From Saccostrea cucullata (lineage: Eukaryota), in the NCBI RefSeq assembly GCF_032062105.1, contig NW_026938891.1, positions 434,001-498,000 on the forward strand: a DNA stretch of 64,000 nt, written 5' to 3'. Below are positions 1-12,800 of the stretch, piece after piece. The first letter of the stretch is position 1; each line of letters opens with the position of its first letter. A program made the position numbers and the translations under genes. Below the pieces are notes generated by a model that saw nothing but the letters and a program-made list of their open reading frames with translations, searched no databases and was not told where the DNA came from.

Positions 1-1406
1 AATTGTTGGAGGAGTCTAGAAAGCAAACTTTTTGCAAAAAAATCAAAAGGTTTATAAGAGGAAAGATCCAGAATGAGAATTTAATGCATTAATTTTTTTC
101 ATGACAGCGTCCAAACCCACAGGCAGATATTTCAATCTTTGACCTGTTCCATTTACCAAACTTGAAAAAACACCTTTCAGATTCCAGTATACGAAGGGTC
201 ATATTCAAAAACGTGTTCTAAAACAATTAGAAATTGAATACATATGTTACACAGACATGTGTTTTAATTAAAAGAGAATATTTAAGTGAAATCATTAAGA
301 TTAAATTATAGAAAAGCGTTTTTTGTTCCTTTCCGAGCACCAATGACATTATTTATTGAACAGCCCTCGTAAATTGATGCAATACCTACTGGGATAAATA
401 GCTCATATCGGACAATCCTTACATTCACATGTTTAATATCAAGTTGACAGATTGCTACCAAACACTTCCCCTAAGTATCTGCCGACAAATTGCATTAAAT
501 CTTTTTGAAAAAAAAAATTGAATTTAGAGGTCATACTGAATATTTTGCAATGTGTTTTTCCCGTCCCCAATATTGAAATTTGCTAAAAAGTGTCAATCTA
601 AGTTTACCTCCCCGGATATTTAAATCAATGAACGACAAATACTTTTTATGTTCAGTGTTTACCGACAGGTTTCACATTTCCCTCTGAATTTAAAAAAGAA
701 GAAAGAGAAAGAACAATGTTAATGCAACTTTATTTTAATTATTTTCCTAACAATTGATCAAATATCAACAAAATTTTAACAATAGTTTTTTTCTATCAAA
801 AAATTTTGACAATAGGTTCGAATTTGAAATAAAAAAAATTTCAGCATATTCTAGAGGTTTGAAAAGATCGGAAACATCATCATAGCAGAAGACTCCTTAA
901 GTATTATCTACTTTTCAGTCTAATTATTTTTAAAAATGAATATTTTATCTCACAAATCTCACAATTCCCTGGAGTTCCTACTACTATACAATCTAGTTTG
1001 ACTCTGCTTTGATTCACATGGGCACAATTTCAATTTCTTATATTTCTATTGGTAAATAATACATCATAGTTTTCATACAAATTAAAAAAGAATACTTTAA
1101 ATGTAGACTCTGATATGAAGTAATTGTTTCAGCACAACGTTAACAACAAAGTTAAGATACGTGCCAGCCACTGTAAAAAATTGTAGGTTTCTTTAATATT
1201 TCAATTTAAACATATGGTAAAAAGTTTTTTGTTATCAAAATTATTTCAAAATTCATATTGATTTGACATTTTTACTTAAGTCTTTTCTCAGTGTATGGTC
1301 ATGGGGCCTGGTCTTCTAATAATCTATTTACTTTAAAAACGGGTGAACCAAATAGAATTAAATATGTGGAGTCAAAAGTCCATTAAACATTAAAATATAG
1401 CGGAGC

Positions 1407-1940
1407 AAATAGGGATCTCCAAAATATCAGATGTGAAATCAGGTGCCTTATAGGAGTGTGCATCCCCTGCCGACCGGACACGCCGGTCATGTCTCCTTGT
1501 CATGATAGGGAAATAAAGGAAAAAGCCGTGCACAACTCAGTGTGTAAATAATGGCCTAATAATCAGTATGAAAAGTCAGACGTCAGCATTTGACTTTTAG
1601 ATAAATATTTGCTGACAAGGTATTGTATAGACCATAGAACTTACAAAACGGTGTCTTTAGACGAGACTGCTGATATTCTTGCTTCATTAGCTTGTTTGTC
1701 AATAACTTACCTCATTTTAGAAATTGTTAATACTTAGAACTTGCTCTTCTGTATCTAACAACTGATATAAACTCCATATACAGATGGCGAAGGTATATTA
1801 CTGCATAAGTAGGGGAAGGTGACGATTGAAAAGTTAAATTCATATCATAAATCTTGGTTGTTAGATAACCATTAAGGTCTCCTCTAGTAAAGATACAAAG
1901 GCGTAGTCACGAACTTAAAAAATCCAGAAATTCTTTGACA

Positions 1941-1975
<35 letters not shown>

Positions 1976-2330
1976 TAAAAGTGGGGGGCTCAACTCCAGA
2001 TATTCTTTGACTAGCAAAAAAAAAAAAAAAAAAAAAAAGGAAAGTTCCCCAAACTCGAAAATCCTATATCGTGGGGGGGTAGAGGCCAAGTTTTTCAAAG
2101 GCAAGTTACTCTCAATTCAATGAATATTTCCTATACTAAAGGTAATGTTGGGGAAAAATAGCTGTGATTTTGTTCTTCTTAAAAAAGTGGGGGGGCACAG
2201 ACATACTCTTGCCCCCCCAGATCTGAAAGTGGGGGGGCTAGTGCCCCCGCTGCTCCCCCTGTGACTACGCCTATGACATCCAAATATCAGACTGTGGTAT
2301 CTTTTAGTTCACGCTCACCGGAATACATCG
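1407..2330 (-). mobile_element. Decayed Penelope-like retroelement fragment (RT C-terminal region plus 3' end), interrupted by a MITE
   Basis: Colinear with the better-preserved copy at 19793-20420 (atcaggtgc..ggagtgtgcatcccctgccgaccgg.., ..atattactgcataagtaggggaa.., tcaccggaatacatcg). Confidence 0.7.
1896..2275. mobile_element. hAT-like MITE with poly-A/poly-G interior
   Basis: TIRs caaaggcgtagtcac (1896-1910) and gtgactacgcctatg (2261-2275). The interior has a duplicated ttctttgac(a/t)agc-A(n) unit. A related truncated copy lies near 33695-33960. Confidence 0.65.
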
Positions 2331-2744
2331 AGAAAAACTTGAAGAGCAGAAAGAAAGAAATTCTTGATAATGAACGATTAGAGGATGAGAACCTAAGGGT
2401 GAAAGAAGAGGGGGGAGTCCTGGACATTCAGAAGGAGGTTCTATTAGACATACAGACTTCATACACAGAAATGCTAGTTCACATTTCATCAGAACTTTAA
2501 ATATGCTTTTATTTCACCTGTAGCCCATATGAATCAAAGTTTAAACCTTTTTCTGATCACTGTTGTTTATCGACTGTTGTTTGTCTAACTGTCGATCCTT
2601 CTGTCTTTTCTCACGGTGTTTTCGTGGTTACTAAAAGAGAAACAGATTTTTTTTTCTTCAAAATAATACTCTCCTTACAGTTGTATTCTGATTTCAATCA
2701 GGCTTTATAAACGCGTAGACTTTATTATTCAGCAGAGCTGGTTT

Positions 2745-3240
2745 TGGAGGTCCGTATTTGCTCTATTTCCGATTTGTTCACTCCTCTATGTTACCTGATC
2801 CCACCCCTGATGTTTCGGAGGTCCGTGTTTGCTCTGCTCCGATTTTGTATGGTTTTATCCACTTTGATATTGAATACTGTTCGTTATCTTCATATCCTTC
2901 ATTTGTTTAAATGGACTTAGAGCTTGAATACTTTTAATTATATCCATATTTCATTTGATTAAGGTGTCGCATTAATACTCATGTGAGTCAGCTAAAAATA
3001 CAGTGAAAACAAGAGAAAAATAATTGGAAACATTTTTGAAATTGGAGAAATCTTTTTGAAAGATTTTGACACTCTCTCTCTCTTCCCTTCCTTCAAATTA
3101 AGTACCAGCTTCAAATAATTGAATGAAATATATGAAGATAACAAACAGAATTCAAGCTCAAAAATCTATATAACAATACAAAATAGGAGCAGAGCAAACA
3201 CGGACCTCAAAAACGTTATAAGTGGGATCAGATGCCATGG
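2745..3240. repeat. Two inverted copies of the Penelope-like 3'-terminal repeat upstream of the cadherin gene
   Basis: Plus-strand copy ~2745-2900 (cctgatcccacccctgatgtttcggaggtccgtgtttgctctgctcc) and minus-strand copy ~3125-3240 (ggagcagagcaaacacggacctc...gtgggatcag). Confidence 0.75.
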
Positions 3241-3836
3241 ACCAATGCACAGAAATTCAAGCAACGATGATAGAATTTCTTCAAAATTGACTTGAAAACA
3301 TCTGCAGAATGCACAACATTTAAAAGTCTTTAAAACTTTATAATTTTTCAGATACATGTTCATAATAATTATTTACAAGAAAAAACTTTTCTTTCCTTTT
3401 TTAATATCAATTCAAATCTTTTAAAACTCTCAAAAGGTGTTTAAATGACAAAAGCCACATTGAATCACTTGTTATTTCTGTCGCAGTAAATAGCTGATGT
3501 GCAAATTTGGCTTCTTTCAATATGCGTTATATTTGCTGTTTAATTTACAGAACAAACAAGATAAAATATCCAATGTAAGGTCACTGCACGTGGTGCATTG
3601 TTTTCTTTGCCTTCAATTCTATTACTTGTCAATCAAATTAAAGATTTGGTCGAGAGTAACCAATATACAGTCCGTCATGTGTTCATCCCAATGCCTTAGC
3701 CGAGGGGTCACAAATCAGGGAATGCTCTACATAGTTTTTGATTCTGTTGCAAAAAATCAAGTGGGCCAGTATTTCAAAATCAAATTACAGAAATCATTTT
3801 TTACTTTTAATTGATGATTAATGGGCAACTGCAAGG

Positions 3837-6800
3837 ATGGTACTCAAATTGATATTGATGATGACACTTTTTAAAGCTGGTGAGTATTGAGATGTACATT
3901 CTTGAAAGTGTTAATTGTTTTTACACATTGCCCTCAAATAGATGTAATAAAACTGTATACTTTTTTCTATCCCTTCTTGTGCCAATTTTCGACAAAATTT
4001 CTAAACTAATAATACATTTTAAGTTATTTAAAGTTTTTATTATTATTCTGTAATGATTTTTTTTTCGTTTTCACAATTTGAGAGCATCGTGTATTTTAGG
4101 AATGGCCGCGACATGTACAACATTAGATTTTGCTGGTCATAAAGATGCACCGAATAAAAAAGATAAATTTGAATCAGGAAATTTTGGTAAGTTTTTAAAT
4201 GAAATTGTAATAGTTAATTTTCTAATGTCGGAATGAAAAAAATGTACATATTAAATGGATATTTTATTAATACTAGATATCTGTTATGAATCACAGTAAA
4301 TTTTTTTTCAGGAATGACATGTTAACAAAATATTACCACATATTTTATTGCAATTCAATTACACATTAATTATATATATAATCATATTTTAAGGTTTGTT
4401 TAAATAAAATTTCTACGCCATAAAACGCCTTTTAAGTGGATATTTGTAAAAGTAGCAGATTTTGGACATTTTTCATAGATTTAATAGCGAATATGAAATC
4501 AAATGTACTGCTTATAACTAGAATTTATAACAGTATAAAGCTTTTTAAAAGAAAAAGTAGAAATTAAATCTTTCATATAAAATTGAGATGAAAAGGGGCA
4601 AAAACAAAAAATTTGCACATTTATTAGATTTTTTTCCTACTCAACTAGACTTGTAATTCTGAATAAAAATTAAATTTTAAATAAATAAAGTTAGTAAACA
4701 CATTTTATTAGCTTAATTAAAGTGACCATGTAGCGAAATTGTAAATATCATAATACATTTGATAAAAACGAATGTTTTATTTCATAACAAAAGTATTTTT
4801 CATTGTTCAATGTTATTCATTGATATTGAAGGTCGAGGCCATTTAACCCTGAACACTTTATATTTCGTCCCATGCTGTGGGGAGATCCAACAATGGGACA
4901 TTTATGTAGAACAGCCGGGGACGGTCCATCTACAGGTATGGCGGAGTTCTACATCCGGGTATCAACTTGTGGGACAGAATAACCTCACATTTACTTCAGG
5001 TTCGTTTTAAAATACATGTACTCTCTTTATTCAGGTCACCGTAAAAATAAACATTTTCATATCATTCCATACAAATTATGCCCTTTTTTATATCTTAAAT
5101 TTATGCAAATAACTCTTATTAATAATTAGAAGAAATTGTTTCTACATAATAGTAGTCATTTTTTCCCGAACTAGAATATTTCTTAGTGGTATTTTGAAAA
5201 TCAAAAGAAATTTTAAAAATCAAATTAAAAATGTGGGTACATAATGTAAACAAAAGATAGAAAATTTAACAAAAATGTGTGAGTAGAAAATAACCAGAAC
5301 AAACAAACCAATCTGTTACAGTAAACCAACTTTTATTCGCCACGATTTTATTTCGCGATTAACTGGAGTAAAACTAGTTCACGACGATTAATTTTCGCGA
5401 TCAAATCTTTTTTTAATCTGTTGCATGAATTGTTAAAAGACACAGAGACTTCAAGGACTAGTTCGCGGCGAGAAATATTCGCGGTGACGAGGCTCGTGCA
5501 AACTTCTCGAAAACTTCTCGCACGCGAATAAAAGTTGGTTTACGGTGTTTATACGAAATTCAATCATTTCACGAGATAGAAAATACCTACATCAACAATG
5601 TTAACCTTTTGCTACAAACTGTAAATAATTATTGCCAGAAATGAAACCCACTACTGATGCAAATTCTTGTGATAAATTAAAAAAAAAATTAAACCAACAC
5701 TGCAACCCGGTACTGCTTAAATTGACGCATATATGAAGAAAAGAAACACCGCAAGAAAAGCATTTTGCTATTATTTTCTTTCATGTTGCAATATGTAATA
5801 ATAACCAACTTACTAGCACAAGCAGAGCAATATGCAAATGATTCAATATGTACAAATACTGACTAACTAAAAAATAACCTGCACGGGCAGTGAAATCTGT
5901 TGCTATTGCAGATTAAAGGAAAAAAGTGTGACCGGTCATCAGGGGATGCTCATTCATCCATGGCACCTTATCTCACCTCTGATGTTTTGGAGGTCCTTGT
6001 TTGCTCTGCTCCTATTTTTTATTGTTTTATGGACTTTTGATTTTGAATACTGTTCGTTATCTCCATATGTTTCATTATATGCATGCCAAAATCTTACTTC
6101 ATCAAAAACAGACGACAAAAGTACTTGTTTAACTTTCTCTTGGTAGGAAAAAAATGTCCATTTGCGACAGCGCTTATCAATGGATGTTTGCAAATGATAA
6201 TTTAATTTTAAATCGTTTACCATTTTATGCAATATATAACCGGTGTTGCATTTTTAGGACATCTATCATTCAGATGATATTTATCTATTTTTGTCCGCCA
6301 TTATGTGTCGTTTCTCGTTTTGCATGCGAATGGCATCAGCCATTTTATTTTTTAAAAAAGTACACTTAATTCAATGTGAACAAGACGAATTGTAAACGGT
6401 AATGATAGCAAACATTGATCTATAAAAGGGTCAGAAAACCCCTGAATCAAGTTAATTCGAGAATCGGGATCGGGTGTCCAGGAGGAGAAATAATCCCCTT
6501 TTGATCATTTATTTTTATCAGAAAGACGGAAACCAGTCAAACTTATTTTAAAAACAAAGACCTAAAATTAGCTGTGAAACACGTAAGCCAAAATACTAAC
6601 CAATGCTTGGTAATATTTGTAAACAAAGTAATTATTTTTTTTTTTTGGTTCAATAGATGGCTTGAAAGAGCAGGAAATTGTTATACTTCCGGCACAAAGA
6701 ATACACGTCCAGGAGAACGATTTGATAGGATGGTAAGTGTACAGCTTTGTATATACAGCTGAAATAATGAATTTTGTTTGTTTCATTTATACATTGTTAA

Positions 6801-9800
6801 AATGTGAATATTAATTTACATTATTGACAAACAATTTTCATTACTTAATATATCTTTTGATCTAACAATTTGTGCATGTAGTTTGTAGGAGAACACAATA
6901 AAGCAACTACATGTATTATCAATTTCATAGAAATACAAAAAAAACTGTTTATAACCTGCAAAAAGAAACTTCAAATTTACATTCAGAATATGAGAATTAT
7001 TTTTGATTTATAAAATATGACAAAATAACAAATTTTACTAACTTTTTAAAATTAAATTAAATTTGAATATTTTTACCCTGCATTGGACTTTATCACATGT
7101 GAAGAAACCAATTGCATAAACTGGAGGTCCTTCAGCAATACTTTATTTTTATCTTACTTCTCAGGTATTCCCCCGTTGACGAGGTGATCCCTTACAAATC
7201 GGAGGGTAGTGGATCAACGATTATACAGGAGAGCATGGCGATGGTGTCAATTGGAGGAGTATTTGATTGGAGTTCAGGGACGCATGTGCAAAAGAGAACC
7301 TACGCCATTAAAGCCCTGCTCGCACCAGGTTTTATTCCAATACTGAACATAATGCATAGCTTCATCATTGACATAATATGAAAATGCATGAAATTCGGTG
7401 GCCTTAAAGGCCAATAGGTCTAAATTTTCCAGTTTTTCACAAATGAAGATATGAAATACATATACAGTGTATACATATATGTATAGAAAATTTCAACTTC
7501 TGTCAATTCGAAGTCATGTTAATGTAATTTATTTGATGTACAGTTAAGCTGCTTACTGTAGTATTCTAAAGCAATGTAAAAAGTGAAAAAACAATGACCA
7601 GTCTCATACCCAGTAAGCAAAACAAATATTGAAATGGGCAAACACACAACCCCTGCAAAACACCAGATGTAGGGCCAGGTGCCAAAGAGGAGTAAGTTTC
7701 CTTTGACAAGCGGTCACATCTCCCGTACGAAGATTTATCATAAGTAATGGTAATGAAAAATCACACAAAATATGAACAAACATTAGGCTTTATTTACAAG
7801 CAATGCCATTATATCGATTTTAAAATTACTTTTACAAAAAGCTGGCATTAAACAGTGTTGTTGAAACCCTTATAACATCAACTTACTTGTCATTATCTCT
7901 GTCGTAGAATTCAACATGTTTATTCAGAGCATGATCTTATGTAACAGTATATCGAATCATTTGGGACATTATAAACATAACACGGAAATAGAACAAAATG
8001 AAACGAATTAATAATAATACTTGTATTATATACAAATGCATTGTTTGCCCTCAAACAATAACTGGGTATGTGAAAATGTATTTTATTTGATTTTTCTTTC
8101 GGTTATCAGGTAGTAATCCAGTGATGGTCACGTTTCCAGCCTCCGTGACCTTCAGTCACATGACCTCTATAGGGACTTCTGTTTACCTCCCCGTCATATC
8201 AGGGAAGGATGAGACTACCACTTACATATTTACACTGAGTGGTACAGGGCCATTTGTCATCGATTCAGGGTCTGGTAAGTATTTTTTTTGGTATATTCAC
8301 AATTAAGAAGTATTCTTCCAGATTTCAAGAAATTTTTGAAAAGTTTTCATTAAGGAGCACGAGGGAATAGAATAAAATCGATTATTTTCAACATTTTATT
8401 ATAAGTTCTATCCTAAAAAAGGATTTTAAATTAAGTTTCATGATAATGAGCTTAAAGGTGCTGTAATTTTAATGAAGTCTATTCAGTTTCTATAAATTCT
8501 GATGAAGTAAATTAATAATATTCCTCTTTTATCACAAGGTAATATAACAACATCCTCGTCAGTGACAGTAGGGACTTACAGTCTCTCTGTGACTGTTACT
8601 GACGCTTGTGGAAGATCACAAACCCAGTCTTTCAACGCCATATTCACAAACATGGTAACTTGTCTCATATCACTAAAACAGTTTTATATCTGTAAGTCCT
8701 TCTATTGCTTTTATAATAAATAAATTATTCATTTTGCCAATTTAATAAGGTGATAAAATATGTGTTTAGTAGAATGTTTGACATTTAAAAATTTTAAAAT
8801 AAATTATGAGGGTAACGAACAGTAACCAAGCTCTATCTTCCATTAAAACATAACAAGTCTGGAGTAGAGCAAGTATAAGAACTTCCGAGATGATATTAAC
8901 TTTAAACTAGATTTTTGGCATCCTTGTTTCATCAACTTGTTTATCAATAGATTGTGTTATTTTAAAAATTGGTCAAAATTACATGGTCTTGCGTATCGAA
9001 TAAGCCATAAACCAAAATATTGCTACACGTTGACGATACAAATGTTGAAAAATCGAAAGATTCAATAGTACAGTCGATGGGATTGATATCTTACACTTAT
9101 AGAATACACTTATCATGTAGATTATTTTTGTATTAAGAAGAATATTAATTTGATTAAGGCACCAGTGATATCCGGTCTTCCGTACAGTGCTGACCTTCAA
9201 GAGACAACCGTCCAAGAAAACTTCCTTCATTCAATTAGCATTGAAGATGGCGATGGTGACTCTTACACGTGCATGCTGGAAAACACCTCTCCTTCATCAG
9301 GAAATTTCTTTGTAAAAGCCAATTATTCCATTACTCTCGGTAAATGTACTTCATTTTTCTTTCTCTGATCAATAAACATTAATTAGTGGTTTGACTTGAA
9401 AGAAAGTATGATATTGCTTTTTTTTTTTTAAGTTTAGGATTATTGATACTCTGATAGATGAAATATATGAAGATAACGAACAGTATATTCAAGATAAAAA
9501 GTCCATAAAACAATACAAAACAGGAGCAGAGCAAACACGGACCTCCAAAACATCAAAGGTGGGATCAGGTGCTATGGATAGATATACACAATTTATGCCA
9601 AAATTATGTGCATTTAATTAAAAATCAATTGTAAAATTTCAAGCAATAATGAAAAAAAAAAGAATTTCGAGTGAGCAGAGTGATGTGAAACCTAAACATT
9701 TAGCAGAAGACCTTTATTCTTCAGGTTATGACATAGTCTCCAAAAGCAATCCAGCTTTGTCCTACGCCTCTACAAACACATACACACTGAATATCAGCTG

Positions 9801-12800
9801 TTCTGATGGTATCGACACATCGTATGGAATATTTACAGTCTACATCATACAGAATATAGCCCCATCATTCACCAATCTGCCATGTAAGGAAATAAATTAA
9901 ATTCGACGCGAACTACCTTATCTTAAAGTCGAGATATGTATCAAATTGTTAAAGCAAATAATACATCAATTCTATCTTGTTAAAAAGTGATTTTTTTGTT
10001 TAGATTCACTTATATTGTCCACAAAGTCAACTGCAGTAGGAACCTCTGTGTATAAGGTCCAAACCGCTGACCCTGACAGCAGTACTCTGTCTACAAGCAG
10101 CACTTGCTCACCCTTGCCATGTCCTTTTTCTGTTGCAAGTGGTAGGAAAAAATACAGTAAAAAGATTTTAAAACATTCTTATTTCAAATAATTGATATCA
10201 TAGCTTGTCCATAAACTGCACACACTCGAAATGCCAGATGTATATTTATAACATACGGATAGAAGGTTGTATATTTATAACATACGGATAGAAGATGATC
10301 ATTTCTTGCTGTCCTGAGCAGTTTTCCTTTCGTATGGTGTTTAAAGAGGGATCTTACATAAAGGCAATAGCATTCGCATTGCATATACGTGTATTTTTAA
10401 CTTTGAAGATGGTACAGTGACGAGCATCACGGATCTACGGACTGAGACCACCGTGTCGTACACCCTACAGTTATATGTTAATGACAGTCTGGTTACAACT
10501 GGACCCAGTGTCTTAACAATTACCTTAACAGGTACATACACGTAATTTTAAAAGCTTCCTCAAATGTAAACATATTAAAGAATAAGAGTACATGTAATAT
10601 TCCAATTCGAAGTTATTTTCTAAGTAATTCTATGAAATACTTTCACTTCTGTCTTAATTTTTTTTCAGTTTAAAAAATAATAATTGAATTCTTTTCTAGA
10701 TTTGAATACAGCCCCAACCTTTCTAAATTTACCAAAGACAGTGTACGTAAGTGAGCACATTTCGGAATCCTCAGTAATTTATCAGATTTCGGCACAAGAT
10801 TTAGATGTTTCTGATGTATTGTCAACGACATTTACCATTCAGCCACCAGCTGGGACATTACTGCTTAATATCAACGCCACTGGTAGGAAATTGTATTTTT
10901 GTGCTATACTAATTAACCAAACAAAAATTAACAGGGAAGTCTTTAAACCTGTTTTAACTTGAAAGGGTATTGTAAAATCCAAAAGTACTTAAAGATGAGA
11001 AAACTTTAAGATAGAAATAAACAAGCTAATTCAGAGAATTTGTGTCCCCCGCTTAGGGAAAAAGTAAACCATGCGCAGTTCAGGGGGGGGGGGGTCGGAT
11101 CCCCCTGACTGAATTTGTAGAATTATTAAATGTATACATGCATACTGAAGCAAATAAAATATGCCAATATGGATATAAAGATTTGATTGCTTATTCTTTA
11201 TTATGTGTATAGCAGATTCTTTTTATATGGAATATTTATCACACTGTCATGATGATTTTATGAGTTTGTACAAGCCAGACCTCATAATTTTTTCATTTCA
11301 CACGCTGAATAATCATTTAGTAAAAAAAAAATATTTCGAAAAAAAAGAAAATGGATGGTCGGGGATTCGAACCAGGGACCTCTCACACATGACGCGAGAG
11401 ACATACCACTACGCCACGGAACTGCTTTAAATCGGTGTAAATTATGTGCAAAAATGAAGTCACATACTTTATATATATTCACGTTCGATATTGTCAAAAT
11501 TTTATACAATGCATGGTGTCTAATTTAACCTTTATTAAACAGTCCTAATAGATGTAATAAGAATATAAAGTCCGCCGAGAACCTGTTTTATACGTAATAA
11601 CTCTCCCATGCCCCTGTGCAAAAAATAGCGACATGTAATACAATAAATACTAATAAAACAAACGGAGGACACTTTGAGGGGTGAGAGAGGTCCTAGGGAG
11701 TTTTGGTATAAAATAAACATTGCAAAGCTCAAAATCTTCTTGAAATATAGCCCGCAAAGGATAGTGTTACACACAGACATAATTTATAAATTTTTGAGCT
11801 TGAACTTTGATCTTTTGACCTCAAAATCAATAGGGGTCTTCGTTAGGCCACAGGGAGTTATGTAAAATTTCATTGCAAAAGCTCAAAGGGTTCTCGAGAT
11901 ATCGCGCGGAAACGAAAGTGTTATAACAAACAGAATTTGCGAATTTATGACCTTGACCTTTGAGCTCAAAATCAATAAGGTTCTTCTTTAGTCCATAGGG
12001 AGTTGCTATGCAAAATTTCATTGCAAAAGCTCAAGGGGTTCTCGAGATATCGTGTGGAAACGAAAGCGTTACAGACAGATAGAAAGACGGACGGACGGAC
12101 AGACCCAAATCAATAACCCCCACTTTTCAAGCGGGGGACAAATAGCAATACAGACCATTAGCAATATTTGTTTGATTTAATTTTTTTTAAGATTTGACAG
12201 TCAGGCGAAACAGTGGAGCATCTTTTAATTATGAGAATTTATCTGCTAATAATTATACAATTTCTGTGACGACAACTGATGGGATATTAAGTACCACCTT
12301 CAATCTGATGATATCTATACTTGATGACAACGATCCTCCAAGCTTTAACCAAAACATTTATTATGTTACTTCTAACGAGGGTCAGGTAAAATATATAATG
12401 AAATGAAATAGTAATGTAAAAAAAAATAATAAAATTTTGTAATATTCATTATCCATGTTTCTCTAAATGTCTACATGTATTTGAATTCCTTACTTTTGAA
12501 GAAAGGAACATCACTTCCGCCCGTGGGATTTGGAGTATCTGATGAGGACATTAGTGACACCTTTACCTTTGGGATCACAGACGGATCAAACTTTGTCATC
12601 AATGCTTCTACTGGAATCATTTCGCTTCTCGTAGATATTGAGGTGAATTCAACCACCTCCTTCAATTTAACTGTCAAGATAACAGACACAGGTGGTTTGT
12701 CTGACACCTGTACCGTGGTGATCGCAATCCAGAATGTCAACAAGAAGCCGTATTTTACGAACTTACCTCAAACAGTCAGTGTTCCCGAAAATACAGCTTC

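Noticed and set aside
1907-2123. Poly-Lys and poly-Phe ORFs
   Set aside because: They are translations of A-homopolymer tracts inside a MITE, not genes.
10241-10295. Short tandem duplications (also 55863-55902)
   Set aside because: Two-copy 21-30 bp slippage duplications in non-coding DNA with no sign of function.
11353-11424. Functional tRNA-Met gene
   Set aside because: Acceptor and T stems do not pair, the anticodon loop is non-canonical, and it lies within a repeat.
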